64,000 bases of DNA, taken from positions 16,563,045-16,627,044 of the forward strand of contig NC_092680.1 of the NCBI RefSeq assembly GCF_964355755.1, in the 5' to 3' direction. The stretch comes from Antedon mediterranea. Lineage: Eukaryota > Animalia > Echinodermata. The notes below the pieces were generated by a model. That model made no database searches. It saw nothing but the letters and a program-made list of their open reading frames with translations, and was not told the origin of the DNA. Below are positions 12,116 to 25,400 of the stretch, in pieces (the first letter of the stretch is position 1; every line of letters begins with the position of its first letter). A program made the translations under genes and the position numbers.

Positions 12116-13438
12116 CTTAAGGAAAGATTCTGAAATATTTGTAAACATGATTAGGAATAGGATATACTATGCACAAAATGATGTACTCTGGAAAATATCT
12201 TTTTAAAACATGTTAGGACATTTCTAGGTGGTAGCAACAAGGCCAAGAGCAATGACAAGCATAACAACTTAATTGAAGACTTAACTACCCTAGGTGGGAG
12301 TGATACTGCTGTGATAGCTATACTAGGCCTAGACCCTAGAGTTAGTATAGCAGTTAAAATTACTCATTATACAGGCAGTATAAGTATCCTGGCTATACAG
12401 TGTAGTAGAGTGTAAAGTACTAGTTGTAGTGTAGGCCTCTACTAGCCTTAGGGCCTAGACCTAACTAGGCTTAGTTAGGCCTACTAAACTAAGGCGAGAC
12501 AGTAGGTAGTACTACTACTACTATAGTACTACTAGTACTAGTACTACTTACTAGGCTAGGCCTAGCTAGTAGCTAGTAGGGGACCGCTAGTAGGACCTTA
12601 TTTATCAATTATCAACTGACTGACTGTTCTGAACGTTCGGTCTCTAATATAATATTTTTAGGACCAACACTATCAATTATCGTTACATTTCCATTAGTTA
12701 TACACATCTAGGCTAATTAGCAGCTTGTCATATTTTGTCCAGTCCAGCCAAGAAAACATTCAGACTGACCTCAAAAACAACAAAAAGCCCTCTCCAGGTA
12801 CGGTCACCAGAGCCTGGCGAATCCATTTTTGTATTATTTCTTCTGACATGAGGTAGGTGCGCGTGTAAATATTACACCTATAGTTTATACCTACATACAT
12901 AATTGAGCATTTTCATATTCATATGAATTTAATAAAACGTTTCTACTTAGATAAAACCGAAAACTATTATTTCCAATTGCATTTACATTGTTTTACCTCA
13001 TATTGCCTCCCCTAAACTTAAAATGGAATCGTCAACAAAGGGGATTTCCCGGAAGCGGCATTCGCATAGCTGCACACACACACGCTGCAATCTTTGTAAA
13101 CAACCACACCACCAACACCAGGAAAGCGATATTTTAACACAAATTACGCACAGTAGGCTACTTCCGACTAAGGATTCCTGGTTGTAATAATGTTTGTCCA
13201 ATCAAACGATTAACCTGCAGTGAAATAAATCAGGATCTAGAATAAAGCAATAGTTGTAATAAAGTGTATACAGTCAGCAGAGTTACGTAGGCCTAGTTTT
13301 AAAATGATCAGCCACTGATGTAATACTAACTATATCCTATCTATCCCGGAAGGATGACCTAGTGAACTCAGCTGTGGGGAGCTAAATAAAGCACTAAATA
13401 ACTGGAAGGAGGCTAGCTCAACATTATTCGCTTAGAAT
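12116..13438. promoter_or_regulatory. Divergent (bidirectional) promoter region between FAN1 and the LRRK1-like gene, with an NF-kB site and ETS motifs
   Basis: The start codons face away from each other about 1.3 kb apart. GGGGATTTCCC at 13040-13050 overlaps CCGGAAG at 13049-13055, and there is a second CCGGAAG near 13346. CpGs are locally retained. A tagg/ccta/ctag low-complexity tract spans 12290-12600. A possible FAN1 5'UTR donor (gtcagt on minus) is at 12769. Confidence 0.55.
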
Positions 13439-16400
13439 ATGGCATCTAAAGAAGACCTCATTGAAGCTGAAGTAGAAGGTACTGTATTTTTCTTTTCTTT
13501 TTTTATTTGAAACAAAGTTACCTTGCTTCTCCATTCTCTCTCTTTCCTTCCTACTCCATTACAGGCAATATAAATCTCACTAAATGATAAATTCAGAACA
13601 TAAATAATCTTGAATGTAAATGGGTAAAATGGGGTTCATACCGAACATCTAAGCATCTAATTTAAATATTTTGTTTATTTTATAATGTAGAGGTGACGTC
13701 AAAGTTGGAAGAGTTTATTGACAACGGTGATAATATTTCAGCACATCGGCTTCTCAAAAAATTGGAGAATGAAAATAAATTTCATGTCCTTCGTTGTACA
13801 TTCCCAAATTATTCACGGGTAAAAGATGAAAATGTTGGCGATCTTTCAATCCAGCAACCTACAGAAAGATCTTTGGAGTTGCTTCATAAAGCATGTGAAA
13901 AGGGCAATCAAGAATTTGTTTTGTTTCTTTATGAGTATGGAATGCCATTGGACCATGAAGGAAAAATGGTATGTTACCTAGTTTAAGTTTCAGTTCTCAT
14001 CATATTGTCTCAAAAGTTTGTTGCAGGATTTTAGTAAATTTTCATTTTGTGAACACATGTTGCTTAATTAGCTTGACATTTCATAAATACTGTACAACCG
14101 AACTACATTTGAATTCTACATGTCAGACTGTCATTGTAAGAATTTAAGAAATAGAAATAAAATAACCCAACTAGTTACTAAAGCAACAGTCCATTACCAT
14201 TCTACATAAAATTATTAGTTTCATAATTTTCCTCCCTGCTGACTTTCGACTGCTATTGCCTTTTTTGATGTTTTTATGCCTGTATCTTGATGTTAATTTT
14301 ACTTTTTATAAATATAAGTTGTTTACATTTGTAATGCTGTGTAGATTTTATACATACATATTTTATGCAATTATTGTTTTTTTACATTCAATTTTTTGGC
14401 CATTTTGAGTTGTAACTGTAAAGAATAATAATAATACAATATTTGATGTAGTTTATATCAGCTGCGTTTTTAAATAACATTACAATATTTGAGAAAAACA
14501 TGATGAAAGAGAAACGTTTTGTTACAGGGCAGAATGTCACACTCAGGTGGCTGGAAAGAACTAAAGTATATTTCTTTTGTCCTTTAATCTCCTTTCAATT
14601 TGGCACTTAATACATAGATCACATAAAAATTACTTGTTGTTGTTTCCACTTATGATTAAACATTGAAAAAAGTGAAGATTTTTCAATCGTTTTTGCAGGA
14701 AAAAATTCAGATAAACATAATAATAAAATAATAATAATAGTTAATACAATTGAACTATTATTAAAATCACTATCAATTACATGCAACATGCAATTACAAT
14801 TTATAATACATACAATAATAAAATACATGATCATTAAAATGTATAGTACCTGTAATTACAAAATAAGGAAATATAAAAAGTAAAAGTCTTGAGACTTCCT
14901 GTCACTGGAGTGGGTTAGGTGATCTACTTAAATCAACAGAAAAAAGGAACAAAAACAAAATTGTAATTGCAAATAGATTTTCTCCATTTCCCTGTTGACT
15001 CAATGGTGACATGACAATAAACATTAAATACAGATAGATAGTGTTATTATTAACAAGCTGTCTATTTGTCTATGAGAACCAAATGTAGCCATCAATAATC
15101 AACCAAGTAGTTGTTTCAAATTACTCTACTTACCTACTAAAACAAATAATGGTTTGCCTTTAATATAAAAATACAAAATAAACAGTTAAATTTAAACTAA
15201 AAACTTCAAGATAATGCCTGACTATGTTTTGCCTTCAAATTATCGATTTATCAGTACTGTATATACATTTGTACAACAGTACTGTAGATATAATTTTTTG
15301 GTGAAAGTGAATTACTTGTGTAATATAAAAATGGCCTATTCAACAATAACAACATTTTAAAGGAAGTTCATTCCTTAGCTTTGATATCAATGCCTGCCTA
15401 AACAAGAAGTTTATTCAACAATGACAACATTTTAAAGGAAGTTTATTCCTTAGCTTTGATATCAATGCCTGTCTAAACAAGAAGTTTATTCGTGGGAATT
15501 TTTCACTACAATTCTTTGTAATATTAGAAGTAGTCTGTTTCATTTTACACACACAATGAGATCTATTTATTTTCAAAAGGTATTCATAATACAGTAGTAA
15601 CAATTTACATAGCTAGGCACTTGATTCAAACATATTGACTGTGTGTTATCACAACCTAAACATTGTGCACACATTCAACGTCATGGTCTGCAAGCTTACT
15701 CTTTTAATCATTTATACCCAACAGTTTAAAGGAATTCCCCCATTAAAATGCATGAGTGCTTTTACTTATCAAACTTTTATTTTCAAATTACAATGTTTAT
15801 TATGGTATTATCAAGTAATTTTACAATTTCACTATCTCATTTTGATTATAATTTATGTTTTCTTTGCATTTTATTCTGAGTGACATCAAGATAGTTGTAA
15901 TCTGAGTGACATGTACATTAAGTTTGCTTCCTATACTAAGTTGTAAAGTCGGTCAAGGTTCATAACTTGAAATGAATTCCATAATCTTATTAATTGATTT
16001 ATATCTCAGAATTTCATAATTAATTAAATTTAATCAAACAAATTATGTTTGGAATCCTTGTGAAAGTAATAGACTTTTAAATTTTAAAGGAAACTTTTCA
16101 CAAAATGTGCTATAGTTCTAAACCAAAAGGTATGTTTGAGCTGCCAAAGTTAACTTTTGGATTTTTAAATTGTCAACATATTTTTTATTATCTATTGTAT
16201 TATGTTAAGTGTGCAAATGAAATGCTACTGTATCAGTGTTTATGAGTTACCTCTTTGTGATTTCATATACAGTACAGTAGTTTTTACCAAATGTATACTG
16301 TTATGTTATATATTATATAAAACGTTCAGGTCATTATGAAGCATAATTAAAGTGGTAAAAAGGCTTTTTTAAATAACAAGTATCTTGGGGTATATATGAT

Positions 16401-19400
16401 TTCTTCATTGACCATGCACTGATTTAATATAATTCTTTATGTTAAACCATTCATGAATACGTATGTATGTGACGTTTCGACTTGTTTTCAACAAGTCTTC
16501 ATCTGGCAACGACTAGATGTTATTGGTAGAGATGAAGACTTTGGTGAAAAAAATTGAAACATCACACATGTATATACTCATTCATTCATACATTAATGGT
16601 TTAACATAACAAATTATATACAGATAGTTAATATAAGTGCCAGATGAAAACATTTTTCAAAGATTTAAATGGTATTTATAGTAAAGACAGATATAAAATG
16701 ACATTTATTTGAATCTATTTTCATATGGTTGGTGTTTGCAGAAGAAACGGATCAACTGTCACTACAAACACATCTTGATTCTTTGTTTTTTTTTCTATTT
16801 AAACTAAAGGGAACACCAATTGAAATTGCTTCTTACCATGGTCATCAACCAATTGTGAATGACCTATTGAAACTAGCATCGCTACAAGATAAAGGTTTGT
16901 TTCAATTTTAACTATAGAAATAAAATATAGTTACTTTGTTTTTTTTATCATGAAAATTAATATAAAATAAATGCAGTTTCTGGTTTTTTAAAGTATAAAA
17001 GAGAAGTTTTTATACTTACTAAGCTTCAATAAAAAGGACAATTGGAATTGACTCTATATAAATTAAACTATTGTATTTGTTTAATATTTTATTTTTAAAT
17101 TTATTATTTACAGTATAGGCAAAAACATGTCATTTTAAAAATTATCTATCATTTGCAATGTTGACTGTTTCTTTTGTTGAACTAAGTTGTTTTTTTTTCC
17201 ATTCAAATTGTGTGCAAAACAGACAATTGTCTGTTTTCAAACTCTTTCTATTTCTTTCTTATTTTTGGTGTTTTAATCCCACACTCATATTTATTCTACA
17301 CCATTCACCTTTTCATTTGATTGGACAATTTGATAAATGCTCAATTGAACTCATATGACATTTTTCGTATTTTGCATGTTCAATCTTATATTTCATCATA
17401 ACTTTCAAATAAGCAAGGATCTACTTTAGATACAGTAAAAAATAAATTAATGTTTTTACAGGTATATTCTCTATTTTTACCTTATGAAATTATTTGTTCA
17501 ATTCCACAAAATATAATTTATTATTTGTATAATATTGTCTGCTCTTCATCTCCTAACTAATAGAATACAAAAATAACCTGCATAATACTAGCATAACCAC
17601 AGGTATATTTAAATAGTATAATATCATTTTTTGCTCTATTTTCTTCAAAGATCTTGTGTCAACAGAGTCAGATATTGTTCATGTAATGTTTATATCGGTT
17701 CTTGGCAATCAATATGAAATGGTCACTTTTTGGACAGAATATGCAAAAGACAGAAAAAATATCATTATTAATATTCCAGATTCTGGCAAAGGTGAGTGGA
17801 AATAAAGTAAAGAAATAAGTAAATAATATACATGATTATTTGTTTTAATACAGTATTACAATGCAAGAAAAAGAATGGTATTTCTAGTAGTCATACAAAA
17901 GCCATAGAGTAAGTGCAAAGCCTAAAGTGCAAAGTTTAATCAAGTGCAAAACCTGTAAAGTTAAAGCATGGACCTAGTATAAATTAAATTTAAATCTAAT
18001 TTAAAGGTCCATGGTTAAAGTAAGCACAAATCCTGTAAATTAAGCACAAAGGCTAGAAAGTAGTGCGCAGTTTTCAAGATAAGCGCAAAGCCCACAAAGT
18101 ATGTGAAACGCCTACAAAGTAAGAGCTACGGATGGAAAGCAAAGGAGAAAGCCTACAATTGTTTTTCACTGGGATACTTGGTTTCATTATTTCTCCATGG
18201 TTTTATGAAAGATAACTACAAAAATAAGCAATTCTTCACATGATGCTATAAGCTCTTACATGTTTAATAAAGCTAATAAATGTTGAATTGTCTCAAAAGG
18301 TAAAGTTCGTAATCTTCAACAAGGAGTTATATATATGCTATAAATAGATTTTCGAAAATTTACTGAAAGGTACTGTAGCTGTTATGTTAATCAACTCTAT
18401 GCTGGAAGACCTTGGAATATTTTTGAGTGGTTTGAAAATAGAGACCTGAGTACCTACAACAATACAGAAAGGGAGACCCTACAATCTGAAAACCATAAAC
18501 TTTTTTTTCTACTTTTTCGCGCCGCTGCTCTAGCCAGCTATGTCCCATGAGGACATATTCATTAATAAGCTGTTTCATAGCGGTAGCTTTAGTATCTTGT
18601 AAGGCAGACAGTTTTGCGAATTTGCAAACTTGACTATAATTTATAGGTCCCAGCTGTTGGACCCAAAAAACGTCTGGGAAAAGAGTCTATGAGGGCTTGC
18701 GTTTGAACGATTTTGGATTCTTGCCCTTTGATTGGTTGACGCGAATCAACAGATTGTTTAAGAATTTTCCCTTGTAAAGTCACGTTGTCTCTAGAGGGTA
18801 TTCAGTTGCATGCCTATAGTTCAGGTTGAGGTCACAGACAAACAGGCTACAGCACATTAAAGTAAAAAATTGATCATTTTTAAATGCCATTTTTTAATTA
18901 GTAGATTATTATTTGTTGGCAAATAATACATTGGAAAGGTACACGTTGTCTTCTTTCAAATGCTGTGTATACAATTAACTAGTGAAAAAATGGGCATGTG
19001 ATTCATAATTTATATAGAACTATCTTTGATTTGTATGTATCTTTGCAATTAAAAAGGACATCTTTTTATTAATTAATCATAAATTAATCAAAAGAACAAT
19101 GATTAATTTTAAAACGTCGAGCGGCGTTTTTTGTAAGAAATATTTCTTGTATAACTTATAATATCATTTTTGAGAATATCTACTCTTGCTGCTGTATTTA
19201 TGTGGTTTTCATATTGTAATCATTCAAACTTCTGCTTTTTTTTTAATACAGACAATTTGTATGCATTAAAAAAGTATATCTTTGAAATGGTTACTATCAA
19301 TGAAAAGGATGTTGAACATTATGGCAGCGAAATTGCAACAATTCTTGACTATTTTGTGAACAAAATGGAAGAGTCAGATGTGAGTATTATTAATATGAAT

Positions 19401-22400
19401 TTTTCCAATAGAAAGAATACAATACCATTTCAAATGCACAAGTTAGTGTTTATCTAGCTTCCATAACTCCCTGATTTTGAGCTTGGCATGGGAGCATGTT
19501 TCATTGATAAATTCAAACCCTTTATTCTACTAAATCGTTGATGAATCCAAGCATTCATCATGCAAAATAACGGATACATACATCACTCTTTCTTATAAAA
19601 ATAGTGTGAAAATCAAACAGGTGGAAGCTATTTCTTAAGCAAGATCAACTTTAGTATTGTTTATGACAAATCAGTGATTTGTCACGTTTGAGTGCTGGAA
19701 ATGACTTATTTCCTTTCACCTAGTAATAATACTATGAAAACACTGAAGGAATTTTCCCTTTACAGCCTGTGGTAATTGTCATTACCAATGTACATTCAGA
19801 AAAAAAGTATCTAGATAAAAACTATGTCGTCTGAGCATTGTTTTTTTTTTTAAAACAAAAACAAAATGTTTATTACATGTGGTCAAATTTTACCGTAAAT
19901 TTTAATTGTCATTAACTAATTATTTAACTCAACTGATTTTAATTTTGTAAGATCAATACCAAAAATATGTTACCCACTGTCTAAACTATTGAACATGTTC
20001 GTTCTTGTTGCAATCGTGACCTTTGACATCTACTTTATATCTGTTATATAAAACAAATAATTAATGTTTTATATTCATGCAGTGGGACAAATATTTTTTC
20101 ATCAGTGAAAAATAAAATGTTTGCATCTCAAGAAAATATTTCTCACATTGCACACATTTGTTATACTAATCCTCTAAGTTTTTAGTTTTTTTTTTAGTTT
20201 CTTTTGTTTTGTTTTGTGAAGTTGTATATTTTAAAGTTTTTTTATTATAATTTTGATGTTTGCATTTTTATATTTAGTGAAGAAAAATGTTTCTTTATTA
20301 ATTCTTGCAAAACAAACCTTCTAATAATATTTTCTGAGTCACATTGATTGCAAATACTTGGATAGATATTTGCATGTTTAAAGTACCATCAATTGAAGAA
20401 CTGTTGTACAGTAGCTTGAAACAACCAAATTACTGTTATGCTTTATATTACATAATTCTAATATATATGTATTGATGAAAATGTGAAAGTAAGAAAAACC
20501 ACTAAACAAGAAATTCATTTTTCCTTTTCTTGGAAATCCAAGAAATATTTATTATATATGGCCTTTGGCCCAAATAATATACAATGTAATAGTTAAATAA
20601 ATATCATTTAAGTGCGTTTAAAAATTCTGTTCTACGTTTAAATGAAAACAGTTTACATCAAAAGAAAATGGAAACTGAGAATGTTCTGTGTTTATATATA
20701 CTGAACAGTTATGTTTAGATTAAAATACAAAGGTATTGTGCTCATTCTTTCATCACAACGTATTAGTTTGACTTGACAGCGATTGTTATATAACTTACAC
20801 GCTGTTTCCTCTATCGGAGTCAGTTTATAGCTTTGTTATTATGTATTAACATAAGAGGGAGTTATTTCAGAGTTCTATCAGTATTATGACACAGATTTAA
20901 GTACATTGCTTTGTTTGTAACTCGGGTATGATTCGGATCAACTTAAAGCTTGGTTCCCACCATGACGGAATGCAATAACAAGTGCAACAAGAGTAATCAC
21001 TGCGCGATTATGAACGATCCATCACATTGTAAAATGAATTTCCTTATGCTTACGTACTCGTGTCGTCCTAGTAGTCTATTTTAACATGCAAGAACACAAT
21101 TTAGCAAGAACACAGTTCGTGAACATTTCGTTTTTAATTTTGATAGAAAATAGCTCTGTCAATATAGAGAAATAATTACTGAACTTAATTTGATGTACTA
21201 TATTTTGCATTACAATTTGTGATTGTATCTGCCCCTGAATTGTTGATTTTGTTGACAGTATCATAAGCAATGTGATGATGATTTTTTATGGAATTACCCT
21301 TAATAATACCAAAGGCAATAACCATATCTAAAAGTAGGTAGTATACGTGCGCAACTGATAGAACAATTATTGTACGTCATTTAAATTAACTTTGAGTAGA
21401 CCACCTGACTTAAGAACAAGACCAATATTGTTTTAAATTTTACCACATGATCTTAAGAAACTTATTGATAGAATAATAAGAAATTTGTTTTTAAGCCAAA
21501 GCAATTGGGATAGCTACCTGAAGTATATGCTAATATGCAAAAGCATTAAGTACGTCATCAGTCAATATGCAAATCCTGAATAATTCTTTCTAATTAGATT
21601 AAAACAATCTTAACTATTGTCTTAAATTTTATCACATGTTCTTAGATTAACAATAAAACAATAATGTGACTTGAAACAACGTCATAGAATCAATCTGCCA
21701 TGACTCACACTTGGTTTGACCAATTGACTGTATGAACCAGTAGGAAGTTCATTTAGTTTTGATTGTCAATACAACGTGATTTGTTTAATGTACATGGGTA
21801 AAATAGGTTTACCATTCTTCCTTCCTATACACACGTTTTACAGCCTTTTCAGTTGCTGTATAATGCATTATTGTATGTTTGATTTGATAATCTATCATCT
21901 ATCACATTTTTGTGTACCTATGTACAGAGTGCTATTAAAGATTGTGTAGCATCAGTGTGTTATTATCCACAACCTTTGTATACTACACTACTGTATCTCC
22001 TATTAAAACATCACACCGTTTGCAGTTATTAACAGCCACTTATCAACCATCTTGACTAATAAACAACATGTTTATTCTGGTTTTTCTGTGCTTCCATAGT
22101 ATTTTATTATTATTAATTTGTCGTTGTCTTGCTTTACATGTTTGTTTGTCTTGTTTTGTTTCTGTTTGTTTAAACTCCAATATGATTACAATTTCTTAAC
22201 TGGCTACCCGTCACAAGTTTTTTTTGGAGGGAAACCTCCAAATGTTATTACTTTCTGGGTTTTGCCTCTTAATTATTTATATTTAAATTGTTATTTTGTT
22301 TACTTTGAAATGATAAGAAATAAATGTTATTATGAATGAATGAATGAATTTAGGTCAAAGACACATGGTCTGTAGGTGCTTATGTTTTCCACTTTTATTC

Positions 22401-25400
22401 AATGTAATGTGCAAAACAATTTTATTCATTCAATCATATTGTGCACAGCAATTTTACCTCTAATCACACTTCATTGCTTGTTGGCTTCGAAATTTCATTG
22501 TTTGACTACAAAACATTTGCCCAAAGAGAGTTCATTTAAAAAAATAGAATTTATGTTTAGGATAATTAAAAGACATGTTCAACAATTGATAATGTTGAAT
22601 GTTATAATTGAAGTTTTATAAATTAAATTTTTGGTAGCAATCACAAATGAAGGAGCTGATCATCACAAAAACTTGTCTTGTTTACTGTTATGTTTGATTG
22701 CGCTTTTCATATTTAAAATAAATTTTTATCTGATATCTTAATAAATAAATTTTGGGGGAAACCCCGGTTCTTTTTAAAATTTGAAATTGAATTTCTTCAC
22801 ACCATGGTGCCGGTATCGTATGGAACTTGTGATTCCATAATTTAAACTAAAACCTAAGGCTAAACCAGATAGGCCAACAAATAATAATTTGTAAATACAT
22901 TTTGAAGTGTATAACTATGATTCAATTCATTGCAAAGTGATATATTTTTATATCATATCTTAAGAAATAAATTTTGAGGGAAACCCCGGTTCTTTTTGAA
23001 ATTTGAAATTGAATTTCTTCACACCATGGTGCCGGTATCGTATGGAACTTGTGATTTCATAATTTAAAGAGCATAAGGCTAAACCAGATAGGCCAACAAA
23101 TAATAATTTTTAAATACATTTTGAAATGTAAAAATATGATTCAATTCATTGCACAGGGATTGAGACTCTTCATTTAAATCACTTAGTATATATTTTTAAT
23201 TAATTGTTGAGAGCTTGTTAACGAAACGAATTTCCTTTTGGACCAATAAATTTCTGTATTCTGTATTCTGTATTCTGTACCTGTATTACCTGTATTATAA
23301 ATTTTGATGTTTAACGTCATCTTGTTTTTCTATCTGCTTTAATGAATTATATTTTCATCTTAAGTAGTTTTTAGTAGACTCTACACCTCACTATGTCTGG
23401 CGGTTGGTCATTCGGTAAACACTAACTCAAATTTGAGCATGCGGCTGCAGCCATGGCCTTGTTTATATTAAGATTTTAACCAGCCTGTTAGTAGCGATGG
23501 TTGCTGTTGGTTTGGGGTGAAATTAATAAATAAACAAGATAATTTCTTTTTTCAGAAACTCAAAGCGTATTGGAACAGTAAGAACTTACCATTAGTTAGT
23601 GTAAAGTTCTTTGATCAACCTGAATACAAAGGCCAGCTTTGTTCCATAGACTTATCAAAGAATAACCTGCGGAGCATTCCAACTGAGTTGCTTTGGGGTT
23701 CCCCATGGATGCAAGAATTGAACTTATCAGATAACTCTATTAGGCAGTTGCCAGAACCTGGTCAAAATGTGAATGTTAGTGAGATTGGGTAAGAACATTC
23801 TGTCATTCTGATTTCACACACACAAACTTTTTTTTAAAGAGTTGTTAAATATAAGCCTATTCTGCCCTGAAAAAATAATTGTAGGCCATTTTTTTTTAGT
23901 GTTATATATCATTTTCACCGTATTGGGTCAATTTACCTAATAAAATTGTAGTTTAAAGGAAAAATAGAAGCCCAATGTCAAGAAGACCAACAGATTTCAG
24001 GTTAAATGTTACCATATATTTTGTCTGGAATGAACTCATTATTTCTTCCTTTATTAAAACTACAAAATGTTGATTTATTCATTTTTTACGTTTTGGAGAA
24101 CAATACATCTTTAAGATTCTTGCATTTGAAAGCATCAATCTAGGTGTCATGAACGTACTGTATCTGTTATTTCTGTCCATGCTCTATGCTGCCTTTTCTT
24201 GGACATTGAAACACATTGATCAAAATTCTATCTTTGATGTTAAAGGGGGAAATTTACGAGAAAGTGGTATGGCATTCAAATGCAGAACCACTAGAATACA
24301 TTTGTTATTATCTTGTTGTCTTCAATAGAAAGTAGAAGTATAACAATAGAGAAATGCTTTTCTATATTTTTTGTTTTATGGTTCAATAATTTATTTTTTT
24401 CTTTACTTCTGCTTTCAATCAGCATTATCTCTGTGTTAACAAAGACCTCCTTATTACGTCAAATGTTTCATTCAATTTAACTTTATTTGTGTTTGTTTCA
24501 GGTTCAACACACTTGATTTGTCCAAGAACAAGTTAAGCTGTGTGCCATTTGAAGTGTTTTGTCTTGAACAATTGACAATACTGAAGTTACATGTCAACAG
24601 CATGAAGTCTTTGCTGAAGAAGTTTTCAAGAAAAGAAAATAATGGTATTCGATTTTAGTTCATTTGAATATATTTTTGTATTTACAAAATGTAAAGCCTA
24701 ATTGCTATTGGTATTAACATTTGCTTGCAGTACCAAATTTCTTCAATTTTTAAAAATAAAAAATAATTGTTCTGAAATGTCCACTCTTTGTATTAACATG
24801 CGTTTACTATTTTTGTATTTCTTTTTTATATAGCTTTGTGTAATACAACAACCTCCATTTTTTATCCTTTTAATTCTCAAAATGCATTTCAAGCAATTTA
24901 TATTTTGCTTTATATCATTTTTTTTCAAACACAGTTTGTTAAAACTAAATCTCATACATGTTAACCATTAATTCTTGTAGTTTAAAAAATGGACTTAATA
25001 AAACAAAAGGCCTAATCAATGTGCTTGTACATGATTAAATTTGATTAGCTTAAATACATTGTATTAAAATTGACAATTAAGCTCTGTCTGACACTATAAA
25101 ACTAGTGTGATGTGTCCAAATATGGTAGTGAAATTCTCAAATATGGTAGTGATATGACATCATCATGTCCATATATGGGCAAATCACATTTTTGTGTCAC
25201 ATAAAGTTTGATAGTGTAGACAGAGCTTTAGAACATTCTATTTAAAGATACTAACAAACTTGAATAATGATAGTTATTGAATTTTCAATGGTACTTGTGG
25301 GACTAGTTCCTTATTGCCTATTGAGTAAAAAAAGATTATATATATACAGACAGTTTTTACCCTTTTATATTGAATTTCAGATGCCAGACACATATCCTGG

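Noticed and set aside
18365-19130. Possible Kolobok-like non-autonomous DNA transposon
   Set aside because: The composition differs from the surrounding intron, but I could not identify matching TIRs or a target duplication.
22190-23300. Short LINE 3'-end remnants ((TGAA)n near 22335, (TTCTGTA)n near 23255)
   Set aside because: Plausible, but too short and without coding remnants to assign.
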